Below are positions 9,949 through 19,527 of a DNA stretch of 64,000 nucleotides, one piece after another. The DNA is from Gammaproteobacteria bacterium (GTDB taxonomy: Bacteria > Pseudomonadota > Gammaproteobacteria > SZUA-229): contig JAOUNI010000001.1 of the NCBI GenBank assembly GCA_029881035.1, positions 95,504 to 159,503 on the forward strand, in the 5' to 3' direction. How positions within the stretch are numbered: the stretch's first letter is position 1; each line of letters begins with the position of its first letter. Position numbers and translations under genes: made by a program. The notes under the pieces were generated by a model, which was not told the origin of the DNA, ran no database searches, and worked only from the letters and a program-made list of their open reading frames with translations.

Positions 9949-11085
9949 ATGAATTTACAGCCTTATCTTAAATTGATGTCAGAACAGCAGGCTTCGGATT
10001 TGTATTTCACCACCGGCGCGCCGGTGAGTGTGCGTATTGATGGCACCATGCGCCCTGTAGGTAAGAGCATGTTGACACCAGGCATGACCAAAAAATTAGC
10101 TTATGATTTATTGACCCCCGCTCAGATTCAGGATTTTGAAAGGAATCTTGAAATGAATATGGGTATGTCCTACACCGATCTTGGACGATTCCGCGTCAAT
10201 ATCTACATGCAGCGCGGTGAAGTGTCTATGGTCATTCGTTATATCAGATCAGAGATTCCAACGCCTGACGAATTGGGTCTGCCCGATTTGTACAAAGAGA
10301 TGATTAGCCGTAAGAAAGGTCTGGTGCTGGTTGTGGGTGCCACCGGTATGGGTAAGTCTACTTCGCTGGCTTCGATGATTGATTATCGCAATGGTAATGA
10401 AACAGGGCATATCCTGACAATCGAAGATCCGATTGAATTTATGTTTCGTCATAAAAAATCAATTGTCGGTCAACGGGAAATTGGGCTTGATACGCTTTCG
10501 TTTGAAAATGCATTACGTGAGGCCATGCGTGAAACCCCGGATGTAATTATGATTGGTGAAGCACGCGACCGGGTGGCGATTCAATCAGCCTTGAGGTATG
10601 CAGATACCGGTCATCTTTGTTTGACAACTATGCATGCTACCAATGCGAACCAGACACTGGATCGCATACTAAATTTCTTCCCAAATGATGCACATAATCA
10701 AATTTTGATGGATTTATCGCTCAATTTGAACGCAATACTAGCTCAACGTCTGGTGTCTTCTATTGATGGTACACGCGTTGCAGCCGTCGAAGTTCTAATG
10801 AATACCCCCTATATTTCCAGTCTGATACGTGAAGGTGACTTTCATGGTATCAAAGCGGTGATGGAGAAAGGAGGAAAAGACGGTATGCAAACCTTTGATC
10901 AGTCGTTATACGACTTGTATAAGAAAGATCGCATTGATCTTAAGACGGCATTGGCTAATGCCGATTCGAGCAGTGATCTTGAATGGAAGATTAATTTTGG
11001 TGGCGGTGTTGAATCAGGGTCAAAAGAAAAACCGCCTACACTGCAATTCCCTAGTAGTCCCCCGACTAGTGCTAAAAAGTCCTGA
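9949..11085 (+). CDS. Second PilU-like (PilT/PilU family) ATPase
   Basis: ASDLYFTTG, GATGMGKST, PDVIMIGEARD, HATNANQTLDRILNFFP, GMQTFDQSL. Confidence 0.9.
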   Translation: MNLQPYLKLMSEQQASDLYFTTGAPVSVRIDGTMRPVGKSMLTPGMTKKLAYDLLTPAQIQDFERNLEMNMGMSYTDLGRFRVNIYMQRGEVSMVIRYIRSEIPTPDELGLPDLYKEMISRKKGLVLVVGATGMGKSTSLASMIDYRNGNETGHILTIEDPIEFMFRHKKSIVGQREIGLDTLSFENALREAMRETPDVIMIGEARDRVAIQSALRYADTGHLCLTTMHATNANQTLDRILNFFPNDAHNQILMDLSLNLNAILAQRLVSSIDGTRVAAVEVLMNTPYISSLIREGDFHGIKAVMEKGGKDGMQTFDQSLYDLYKKDRIDLKTALANADSSSDLEWKINFGGGVESGSKEKPPTLQFPSSPPTSAKKS

Positions 11086-11115
11086 GGCTCAACAAGTTCT
11101 TAGCATTGTCAATAT

Positions 11116-12399
11116 TCAGTCGGTATGGCTATGGATCGGTGTACCGCTAACAATGGTGTGCTCAACACGAGTTTGAAAATTCCAGCCGATAAAGGGTGAG
11201 TTTTTGCCTGAACTGTGAATGTTTGATTCGTCCAGTTGCCAACTGGCATCTCGATTGAAAATACAAATATCAGCTCTGGAACCAACGGTCAGCGTGCCTG
11301 TGTTGGTGCCCAATATCGATGCGGGTGTCGAGGTGATAGCGCGAATGATAGTTTCAATATCAGCAATTCCTTGATCAACCAGACGTGTTGCCAACGGTAG
11401 TAGAGTGGCTAATGCACTGATGCCAGGTGCAGTGCTGATGAAAGGAGATTCTTTGGCATCAGGATCATGGGGCTGGTGATCGGAACAGATAGCGTCCAGT
11501 GTGCCGTCAGCAATACCACGTTGTAGTGCTTCCTGATCACGCTGACTGCGTAATGGTGGCAATACGTGGCAAGCGCTGTTAAAACTGCTGATATCGAATT
11601 CGTTTAAATGCAACTGGTGAGCACTAACATCGGCGGTGATATTCAGGCCGTCATCTTTGGCTCGGCGAATCATAGCCACACTGGCAGCGCTGGAGAGTCG
11701 GCCAAAGTGAGCTTTAACACCAGTTTCGGCGACGATTTCCAGTGCGCGGGCAAGTGCCACGGTCTCAGCAGAGACGGGGATACCTTTTAAACCGAGGCGG
11801 CTGGCAATAGTGCCTTCGTGAACGCAGCCACCGGCACTTAGCCAGTGATCATCGGGTTCGATGAAGACGGTTAATCCGCAATTGGCAGCGTAAGCATAAG
11901 CGCGTTTCAGTACCAAAGTATTGTCAATAGGGTGTCTGCCATTGCTTAAGCCGACACAACCGGCAATTTTAAGTGCCTGCATTTCACTGAGTAATTCACC
12001 TTTTAGCCCTGTGGTGAGTGCGCCGAGCATGAGTACATTACTGTGGGCAGCATTCGCAGTTTTATGATTAATGAGTTCGACTACCGCGGGTTCATCGATG
12101 ACCGGATCAGTGTCTGGTGGACAGCATAAAGTAGTGATACCGGACATCGCAGCAGCAACGGTTTCACTCTGGATGGTGGCCTTGTATTCCTGGCCAGGCT
12201 CTCGTAGACGAGCGCATAAATCGACAATGCCGGCAATGACTGTTAAACCTTGAGCATCAATTGTCTGATCAGCTTTGAAGTTTTTTGGGGCGACATCGAT
12301 GGCTGCAATATGACCATTTTCGATGTATAGGTTAGCCTGGCGGTTGATCTTATTAACGGGGTCCAGAAGGTGACCGTTTGTGATCTGTAACTGGCTCAT
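11116..12399 (-). CDS. pyrC: Dihydroorotase-like protein, probably the inactive PyrC' subunit of ATCase
   Basis: Amidohydrolase fold ([24 protein letters not shown]). The metal-binding HxH is replaced ([10 protein letters not shown]). Overlaps the pyrB stop. Confidence 0.88.
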   Translation of the reverse strand: MSQLQITNGHLLDPVNKINRQANLYIENGHIAAIDVAPKNFKADQTIDAQGLTVIAGIVDLCARLREPGQEYKATIQSETVAAAMSGITTLCCPPDTDPVIDEPAVVELINHKTANAAHSNVLMLGALTTGLKGELLSEMQALKIAGCVGLSNGRHPIDNTLVLKRAYAYAANCGLTVFIEPDDHWLSAGGCVHEGTIASRLGLKGIPVSAETVALARALEIVAETGVKAHFGRLSSAASVAMIRRAKDDGLNITADVSAHQLHLNEFDISSFNSACHVLPPLRSQRDQEALQRGIADGTLDAICSDHQPHDPDAKESPFISTAPGISALATLLPLATRLVDQGIADIETIIRAITSTPASILGTNTGTLTVGSRADICIFNRDASWQLDESNIHSSGKNSPFIGWNFQTRVEHTIVSGTPIHSHTD

Positions 12400-13424
12400 G
12401 CTTTTTCACCCTCGTTGCTTTCAGGTTCACGCCCGAGTGCCATCGACATGACCGCCATACGTACAGAGATACCATTAGTGACCTGTTCGAGGATGACAGA
12501 TTGAGGTCCATCGGCAACGCAGGATTCGATTTCTACACCACGATTTATCGGACCCGGGTGCATCACAATAGCATCAGGCTTGGCCAGGCGGAGTCGGTTT
12601 TCGGTGAGACCATACATCTGAAAGTATTCCTGTTCACTGGGCAGTAAAGCACCCTGCATGCGTTCCTTTTGCAGCCGTAACATGATTACGACATCGGCAT
12701 CTCGAATGCCTTCTTCCATGTTATTAAAGACTTCGACACCCATATCCTCAACGCCGGCCGGGATAAGTGTTTTGGGTGCAATAACTCGAACATTGCCGGT
12801 GTTTAGAATGTTAAGGGCGTGTATCTGTGAGCGTGCAACGCGGGAATGCAGGACGTCGCCGACAATGGCAACGCGTAACTGGCCAAAGTTATCGCCCTTG
12901 TTGCGTCGGATGGTGAACATGTCCAGCATGGCCTGAGTCGGGTGGGCATGACTACCGTCACCGGCATTGATGACGCTGATGCCGGGGGCAACCCGATTGG
13001 CAATGTAGTGGGCAGCTCCCGATTGATTATGTCTGACGACAAACATATCGCATTGCATGGCCTGCAGATTTTGCAGTGTATCCATCAGCGTTTCGCCTTT
13101 ACTGGTGGCAGAGGTGCTGATGTTGACATTGAGGACGTCGGCAGAAAGTCGTTTAGCAGCCAGCTCAAAGGTGTTGCGTGTTCGGGTGCTGGCTTCAAAA
13201 AATAAATTAGCGATAGTTTTACCGCGCAGTAAAGGTACCTTTTTGACGCTCTGAGCATTGATATTGGCGAAGCTTTCGGCGGTATCTAGAATATTGGTAA
13301 GTAGCTTGGTGCTCAAACCTTCGACGGTCAAAAAATGTTTGAGATGACCGTTTTTATCCAGCTGGATATTCCAGGCATCGTGCCCTATCAGGGAATCGGT
13401 GGGTCGGCTGGCTTTATTGACCAT
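12396..13424 (-). CDS. pyrB: Aspartate carbamoyltransferase catalytic subunit
   Basis: [33 protein letters not shown]. Confidence 0.97.
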   Translation of the reverse strand: MVNKASRPTDSLIGHDAWNIQLDKNGHLKHFLTVEGLSTKLLTNILDTAESFANINAQSVKKVPLLRGKTIANLFFEASTRTRNTFELAAKRLSADVLNVNISTSATSKGETLMDTLQNLQAMQCDMFVVRHNQSGAAHYIANRVAPGISVINAGDGSHAHPTQAMLDMFTIRRNKGDNFGQLRVAIVGDVLHSRVARSQIHALNILNTGNVRVIAPKTLIPAGVEDMGVEVFNNMEEGIRDADVVIMLRLQKERMQGALLPSEQEYFQMYGLTENRLRLAKPDAIVMHPGPINRGVEIESCVADGPQSVILEQVTNGISVRMAVMSMALGREPESNEGEKA

Positions 13425-13445
13425 GTTCTGTTCCTGTTGAATTCA

Positions 13446-13943
13446 TCACTCGACAACAAACTCCAGAGGCTGGGGGCCGGTCAGCTTGATGTGCTGGTTA
13501 TCTTCAAGGTGCAGATATTGCCCGACTACATTTGCCTGAATGGGTAATTCTCTGCCGCTGCGCTCAATCAGGCAGACCAGAATAATGCTGGCTGGGCGAC
13601 CATAATCAAAAATCTCGTTCATGGCGGCGCGAATAGTGCGTCCCGTGTGCAGCACGTCGTCCACTAAAATAATGTGGCGATCATCAATTTGAGACGGTAA
13701 GTTCGAAGGTTTAACCTGTGGATTCATGCCGATACGAGAAAAATCGTCGCGGTAAAAACTGATGTCCAGCGTATAGAGCGGTTGTTCCAGAGAGAGTTTC
13801 TGGTGCAGTGCATTGGCGACCCAGACGCCGCCAGTATGAATACCCACCATTAAGGGGTGATCAATCGCTCGTTCGGCGAGCAGCGTTTTCAGTTGCTCAG
13901 CCAGTTTGTCCAGAAGTGTTTCTGGGTTGGCAATTTCTTCCAT
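13446..13943 (-). CDS. pyrR: PyrR pyrimidine regulatory protein / uracil phosphoribosyltransferase
   Basis: LDISFYRDDF, LVDDVLHTGRTIRAA, RELPIQA. Confidence 0.95.
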   Translation of the reverse strand: MEEIANPETLLDKLAEQLKTLLAERAIDHPLMVGIHTGGVWVANALHQKLSLEQPLYTLDISFYRDDFSRIGMNPQVKPSNLPSQIDDRHIILVDDVLHTGRTIRAAMNEIFDYGRPASIILVCLIERSGRELPIQANVVGQYLHLEDNQHIKLTGPQPLEFVVE

Positions 13944-13955
13944 AAGTAACAGGTC

Positions 13956-14381
13956 TTATTGTTGGTTGAGCCAGTTTTGCACAATGATTGCGGCCGCCAT
14001 TTTATCAATCTCATGTTTATTGTGCTTGCCTATTTTGGTATTTTTTTTCAGCATGGTTTCGGCTTCGTAAGAACTCAAGGCTTCATTAATTTTGAAGACG
14101 GGTAATGTAAAGCGCTGTTCCAGTTCAAGGCAGAATGCTTCAACACTTTTTGTCATGTCATTTTCTTTGCCGTCGAGATAATAGGGCATGCCGACAATAA
14201 GTGCCTGAGGTTTCCATTGGTTAATAAGTTGTTCGAGTGCAGGCCAATCGGGTGAACCATTGATTTGATTGAGTGTGGTGATGGGTGTGGCAGAGTTGGT
14301 AATGGTCTGGCCGGTGGCAATGCCAATACGTTTCAGGCCGTAGTCAAAGCCTATGACTGAGGTGATGCGTGTGTTCATCAC
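13956..14381 (-). CDS. yqgF: YqgF/RuvX pre-16S rRNA nuclease
   Basis: GFDYGLKRIGIATG, VGMP, EALSSYEA, IDKMAAAII. Confidence 0.93.
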   Translation of the reverse strand: MMNTRITSVIGFDYGLKRIGIATGQTITNSATPITTLNQINGSPDWPALEQLINQWKPQALIVGMPYYLDGKENDMTKSVEAFCLELEQRFTLPVFKINEALSSYEAETMLKKNTKIGKHNKHEIDKMAAAIIVQNWLNQQ

Positions 14382-14398
14382 TATTTGTTATTCACGGC

Positions 14399-14962
14399 TC
14401 AGGCGTGTCCTGCATCACTGCTCAGTAGTTGTAGATTTACACCTAATAGATCAGCCGCAGCCTGCCAGCGTTTTTCAGCAGGAATATTGAAAATAATTTG
14501 CTCATCTGCAGGACAGTTGAGCCAGGTGTTATTGGCAAGTTCCTGCTCGAGCTGTCCAGATGACCAGCCAGCATAACCGAGGGCGATAATTGATTGCTCA
14601 GGACCTCGGTCTAGAGCAATAGCTTCAAGAATATCGCGGGAAGTTGTAAGTGCCAAATGGTCGCTGATTTTTAAAGTTGAGCCCCATTTGCCAGCTGGCT
14701 TGTGAAGTATAAAGCCTCGTTCCTGTTGTACAGGACCACCATGATAGATGTATTTATTACGGATGGTAGATTCGCTGACCTCTATATCCATTTGATGAAT
14801 GATTTCATCAAGAGTAACGTCAGTTCTCCGGTTGATAACAATACCAAAAGAACCCTGTTCATTGTGCTCACAAATATAGGTGACGGTATGATTGAAAGTA
14901 TCATCTAGCAAACCCGGCATGGCGATAATGAAATGATTGGTTAGGTTGGTGGCTATCATCAT
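14399..14962 (-). CDS. yqgE: YqgE/AlgH family protein
   Basis: HFIIAMP, ICEHNEQG, GGPVQQERGFILH, LGYAGW, GQLEQE, AGHA end. Confidence 0.95.
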   Translation of the reverse strand: MMIATNLTNHFIIAMPGLLDDTFNHTVTYICEHNEQGSFGIVINRRTDVTLDEIIHQMDIEVSESTIRNKYIYHGGPVQQERGFILHKPAGKWGSTLKISDHLALTTSRDILEAIALDRGPEQSIIALGYAGWSSGQLEQELANNTWLNCPADEQIIFNIPAEKRWQAAADLLGVNLQLLSSDAGHA

Positions 14963-15858
14963 TGTGTTTTAAATTGGCTATTATTTATAAATTCCCAGCT
15001 TCTTGTAATGTGTATGACATCAGCTTCCTGTTTTAGTTTGTCGGGAAAGGGAGAATATGGTGCGGCCAGTTTGACGATGCGTTGTGCGGCATCATCCAAA
15101 ATTTTGTGTCCCGATGATTTCCGTAAATCGACATTGATTAATTCGCCTTTGGCATTGATGGTGACATCTAAAATCAATGTGCCGCTGAGTTTGTTGCGTC
15201 GCGCCTGATCAGGGTAGTTCAGGTTACCAATTCGCTCCACGCGATTGATCCATTCACGCATATATCGTGCAGGCACAAACTCTTTGGTGCTGGAGTTCAT
15301 GTACTTAACTTTGGGTCGCTCGATCTGATGTTCGATGATATTGCTTATTTCCTGAATAAGACGTGCAGTTCTGGCATTTTTTGTTGTGCTTTCCTGTTGT
15401 TTGATAGTTATGTCATCAGGATTTGTCTGTTGTTTCTTGGTGTCGACATTGAAGCTGGATTGTTTCTGGCTCAGTACAGCCACTTTTTCAGTCTGTTTTT
15501 GTCGTGAAGCCTGCTGCTGTATCTGTAATGCCTGGCCGGATTCTTTAGATACACTGGGCGCGGTAAATAGGTCACGAGGACGACTTTTCTTTTCGCTATT
15601 TCCGCCACCCTGTTGCGAGATCTGAGCCAGATATTTTGCATCTTTGGCTTCTGAAGGGTTTTGTGTCTGGACCAGAATTATGTCCAGCGTAGGTGGAGTT
15701 TTGTCTTCAATAACAGGTGAAGTGCTGAAGGTGATTCCTAGAATGAGGATACCATGTAATAACGCCGCGAGAAAAAAGGTCATGCCAAGACGGTCATTGT
15801 CCGTAATTTTTGGAGGCCTGATAGGCGAGTTTATGGGGATTTGGGCGACAGTTGACAT
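14959..15858 (-). CDS. TonB family energy transducer (TonB3-like)
   Basis: TM with ALLHG, LAQISQQGGG, RVERIGNLNYP, SSGHKILDDAA, ITRSW; usual position between gshB and algH. Confidence 0.88.
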   Translation of the reverse strand: MSTVAQIPINSPIRPPKITDNDRLGMTFFLAALLHGILILGITFSTSPVIEDKTPPTLDIILVQTQNPSEAKDAKYLAQISQQGGGNSEKKSRPRDLFTAPSVSKESGQALQIQQQASRQKQTEKVAVLSQKQSSFNVDTKKQQTNPDDITIKQQESTTKNARTARLIQEISNIIEHQIERPKVKYMNSSTKEFVPARYMREWINRVERIGNLNYPDQARRNKLSGTLILDVTINAKGELINVDLRKSSGHKILDDAAQRIVKLAAPYSPFPDKLKQEADVIHITRSWEFINNSQFKTQ

Positions 15859-15867
15859 AGGTAATGA

Positions 15868-16923
15868 TTATAGCGATTCACTGATCACAATGTTACCGGA
15901 CTGGTTTTGATTAAAGTGTATACGTTCTGCCATTTTGGCTGTCATATGTATGATTCCTTTGGTATCAATTAGCATGACATATTCAATACCCATGGATTGT
16001 GCAATTTCCAGCCATTGTTCGGGACCGGCGACAAAAAGTGCAGTGGCTGCCGCATCGGCTGTGCCGGCATTGTTATGAATAATGGTTACCGATGTAGAGC
16101 CTTTGGCCGGATAGCCGGTACGAGGATCAAGAATATGGTGATAACGTTGACCCTTATAATCGTAGAATCGTTCGTAATCGCCCGAAGTAAAAATGCTTTC
16201 CTTGTCTTGTGTTTCCAGCCAGGCAATGGTGCCATCTTCTCTTGGGTGTCGAATACCTACTCTCCAGGGGCGGTCGCCATGTTGTCCACGGACGCTGAGA
16301 TCACCGCCAGCATTAATTACTGCATTTTTGATGCCCAGGCTTTGCAGATAATCAAAGCACAGATCGATGGCATAACCCTTGGCAAAAGCGCCAAAATTGA
16401 ACTGGACGGTAGAGTTTCGGCTGGAAAGTTGCTGGCCATCGAGAGTTATGTCATCCATGTCTGGTTTATTTTGTAACCAGTTGACAATGTCCTGATGATT
16501 GGGTGGCTGGATATCAGGTTCATCGCTACGGTGAAATTGCCACATTCCAATGAGCTGATTGATACTCGGATTAAAGAGTCCGTGACTACTTTTTGAAAGT
16601 GCCTGAGACTCTTTAATTAATGGGATAATGCTGGAATGAATCTGAACAGACTGACCAGAGGCTAGTTTTTGATTGGCTCTGGTGAGTGGGCTATCTTGCC
16701 ACGAGGTCCAGTCATCGTGGTATTGATTGAAGTTGGCCTCAATCTGATCAAGAGCTTTTTGTGCCAGTGAGGGTTCTACATCAAAAAGCGTGACATCAAT
16801 TAATGTGCCGAACTTTAAGATTGTGCGCTTAAATTCCTGGGGGGGGTGTCTGTCGCAGCTCGTACTGCACAAGCTGATGCAGAGTGCTAAAAAGAGAGCG
16901 AATATGGGGTTCATTGAGAACAA
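15868..16923 (-). CDS. apbE: FAD:protein FMN transferase, ApbE family lipoprotein
   Basis: Lipobox-like STSC, GAFAKGYAID, NAGGDL, WRVGIRHP, TSGDYER, YHHILDPRTGYP, ADAAATAL. Confidence 0.92.
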   Translation of the reverse strand: MFSMNPIFALFLALCISLCSTSCDRHPPQEFKRTILKFGTLIDVTLFDVEPSLAQKALDQIEANFNQYHDDWTSWQDSPLTRANQKLASGQSVQIHSSIIPLIKESQALSKSSHGLFNPSINQLIGMWQFHRSDEPDIQPPNHQDIVNWLQNKPDMDDITLDGQQLSSRNSTVQFNFGAFAKGYAIDLCFDYLQSLGIKNAVINAGGDLSVRGQHGDRPWRVGIRHPREDGTIAWLETQDKESIFTSGDYERFYDYKGQRYHHILDPRTGYPAKGSTSVTIIHNNAGTADAAATALFVAGPEQWLEIAQSMGIEYVMLIDTKGIIHMTAKMAERIHFNQNQSGNIVISESL

Positions 16924-16926
16924 TGC

Positions 16927-17880
16927 TCAGTGTTTTATGTGTTGTTCGATACAGTCCATTAATTGACCAGCAATGTCCAGATTAAATTGTCTGTCGAGTT
17001 CGCGAATACAGGTTGGGCTGGTAATATTTATCTCGGTGAGATAGTCACCAATAACATCAATGCCGGCAAATAGAATTCCCATTTCACGCAGGCGTGGGCC
17101 GACTTGAGTGCAAATCCAGTGGTCACGCTCTGTTAGTTTAATGCCTATGCCTGAGCCGCCAGCGGCCAGATTACCTCGCGTTTCCCCTTGTGCAGGGATG
17201 CGAGCCAGTGCATAAGGCACAGGTTCACCATCGATGAGTAGAATACGTTTGTCACCCTGGGTAATTTCAGGAATATATCGCTGAGCCATAATAGTTTTCT
17301 GGCCACGTCGGGTAATAGTTTCCAGAATAACGGAAATATTGGGGTCATCAGGGGTGAGGCGAAAAATGGATTCACCACCCATGCCATCCAGAGGTTTGAT
17401 AATGATATCTTTTTGCTCATCAATGAACTGGCGGATTAATGATGCTTTGCTGGTGATCAGCATAGGGGTGCAGCACTGAGGGAAATGAGTAATAAACATT
17501 TTTTCATTGGCATCGCGTAAACTGGAAGGCCGATTTACAATCAGGCTGCCACCTGTGTATTCAGCCATTTCCAGGATGTAGGTGCTGGTAATGTATTCGA
17601 TATCAAAGGGTGGATCCTTACGCATTAGGATGGCATCAAGCGAGGCCAGCTCAATAACGTCGGGCGATTGAGCGCTGTACCAGTTGTCTGTGTTATCGAC
17701 CACCTCAATACGTTGTGCCTGTGCCATCGCTGTGGCGCCCACCATATAGATATCTGATTGCTGCATATAATACAATGGCCAGCCTCGTTGTTGTGCGGCG
17801 AGCAGCATGGCAAAACTACTATCTTTCTTAGTGTTTATGGATTCAATGGGATCCATCACTATGCCTAATTTGAGTTGCAT
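16927..17880 (-). CDS. gshB: Glutathione synthetase
   Basis: VMDPI...KDSS, MRKDPPFD, KPLDGMGG, RGNLAAGG, EINITSPT. Confidence 0.97.
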   Translation of the reverse strand: MQLKLGIVMDPIESINTKKDSSFAMLLAAQQRGWPLYYMQQSDIYMVGATAMAQAQRIEVVDNTDNWYSAQSPDVIELASLDAILMRKDPPFDIEYITSTYILEMAEYTGGSLIVNRPSSLRDANEKMFITHFPQCCTPMLITSKASLIRQFIDEQKDIIIKPLDGMGGESIFRLTPDDPNISVILETITRRGQKTIMAQRYIPEITQGDKRILLIDGEPVPYALARIPAQGETRGNLAAGGSGIGIKLTERDHWICTQVGPRLREMGILFAGIDVIGDYLTEINITSPTCIRELDRQFNLDIAGQLMDCIEQHIKH

Positions 17881-18080
17881 AAGTAAGCCTGAGAATATTG
17901 TTTGTATCTGTCGTCAGATTGGTGAAATTTGACTGGTAATGTAACGAATATTGTCTTATCAAGCAATTTGTTAGAGAATTTTGTTAATGTACTACTCATT
18001 GATTGCTAATAGCCAGAACATGGTCTACATTTGGGTTATACCGTGATTTGGGTAAGTATTTTTTGACGGGTTAATTTTTA

Positions 18081-18494
18081 ATGAGTGAAACGGCGGCGGC
18101 GATGACAGAAGAAGTTGTTGATTTAAAAGACCTTAAGGTGATGGTCATTGATGATAGTAAGACTATTCGTCGAACTGCAGAAAACCTGTTGAAAAAAGAA
18201 GGTTGTGAGGTTGTGACTGCAGTGGATGGTTTTGAGGCGTTGTCAAAAATTGCTGAGACCAGGCCTGATATTATTTTTGTGGATATTATGATGCCAAGGC
18301 TGGATGGTTATCAGACCTGTGCACTCATCAAGAATAACAGTATGTTTCATAAAACACCTGTGATTATGTTGTCCAGTAAAGATAGTATTTTTGATCGCGC
18401 TCGTGGTCGTATTGTCGGTTCAACCCAGTATTTAACCAAGCCATTTACAAAGGAAGATTTGCTTGGTGCAATTAAAGAGCATGCCAGAAAATAA
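18081..18494 (+). CDS. pilG: Twitching motility response regulator PilG
   Basis: KVMVIDDSKTIRRTAE, DIMMPRLDGYQTCALIK; divergent from gshB. Confidence 0.96.
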   Translation: MSETAAAMTEEVVDLKDLKVMVIDDSKTIRRTAENLLKKEGCEVVTAVDGFEALSKIAETRPDIIFVDIMMPRLDGYQTCALIKNNSMFHKTPVIMLSSKDSIFDRARGRIVGSTQYLTKPFTKEDLLGAIKEHARK

Positions 18495-18539
18495 ATTGGC
18501 ATTTTCTATGTTTAAAATTTTTCAGTGTGGTGATAAGTA

Positions 18540-18905
18540 ATGGCAAAAGTACTCATAGTTGATGACTCTCCAACAGAGATTCATGTTTTAAAAACATTAT
18601 TGGAAAAAAATGGACATGATGTTGCTACCGCAAACTCTGGTGAAGAGGGTGTGGTAGTAGCGAAAGACGTGTTACCAGATGTAATTCTTATGGATGTTGT
18701 GATGCCGGGGATGAATGGCTTCCAGGCTACAAGGCAGCTTTCGCAACAAGTAGAGACGGCAAATATTCCAGTTATTATCGTTACAACTAAAGATCAGGAA
18801 ACAGATAAGGTCTGGGCTAAACGTCAGGGTGCGGTGGACTATATAGTCAAGCCTGTGCATGAAAAAGCACTGATTGATGCATTGAATCGAGTGTTCGCAG
18901 GTTAG
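18540..18905 (+). CDS. pilH: Twitching motility response regulator PilH
   Basis: IVDDSPTE, MDVVMPGMNGFQATRQL, TTKDQETDKVW. Confidence 0.96.
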   Translation: MAKVLIVDDSPTEIHVLKTLLEKNGHDVATANSGEEGVVVAKDVLPDVILMDVVMPGMNGFQATRQLSQQVETANIPVIIVTTKDQETDKVWAKRQGAVDYIVKPVHEKALIDALNRVFAG

Positions 18906-18929
18906 CCTGATTATTCAGGAAATATTATA

Positions 18930-19466
18930 GTGAATAGAATTGACCCGTTTGATGTATTGCTGGATTTTGAAAAACGTTGTCGGCAGAACGCTGAGCGGTT
19001 GCCAGCGGCGGGCGATATTGAGGATAAATGGGTGGGCGTCGGTTTTCGGATCGGTGATGATAAATTGATCGCTGATATGTTGGAAGTGGGTGAAATTCTC
19101 GATGTGCCTGAGTACACAAAAGTGCCTGGTGTAAAGTCCTGGGTGGTTGGTATTGCTAATGTCCGCGGCAGCCTTTTACCTATTATGGATCTAAAAGGAT
19201 ACCTGTTGGGTGTTGATATGCAGCACCGGAAACGTGGGCGTTTGATTGTTATTAATTATAAAGGTTTTCGTACAGGGTTGTTGGTTGATGAAGTATATGG
19301 AATGAGGCACTTTTTTGTTGATGATCAGAGTAATGAGCAGCCTCATGTGCATAACAGTATCTCACCATATATAAAAAATATGTTTAGTAAGGAAAATGAA
19401 AGCTGGCCAGTCTTTAGTTTTGAAAATATGGCCAGTGATGAGCGCTTTTCTAAAGCGGCACTATAA
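18930..19466 (+). CDS. pilI: CheW-like coupling protein PilI
   Basis: WVGVGFRIG, VPGVKSWVVGIANVRGSLLPIMDL, GLLVDEVYG. Confidence 0.93.
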   Translation: MNRIDPFDVLLDFEKRCRQNAERLPAAGDIEDKWVGVGFRIGDDKLIADMLEVGEILDVPEYTKVPGVKSWVVGIANVRGSLLPIMDLKGYLLGVDMQHRKRGRLIVINYKGFRTGLLVDEVYGMRHFFVDDQSNEQPHVHNSISPYIKNMFSKENESWPVFSFENMASDERFSKAAL

Positions 19467-19527
19467 ATGATTTTAAGAATAATAATTCCCGGTTTAACCG
19501 GAGAAGGCGTAACGGAGAGTATTTTCC

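Noticed and set aside
13944-13955. PyrR attenuator upstream of pyrR-pyrB
   Set aside because: Only 12 bp separate yqgF and pyrR, leaving no room for a leader.
19489-19502. Short inverted repeat ccggtttaaccgg between pilI and pilJ
   Set aside because: Too short to distinguish from chance.
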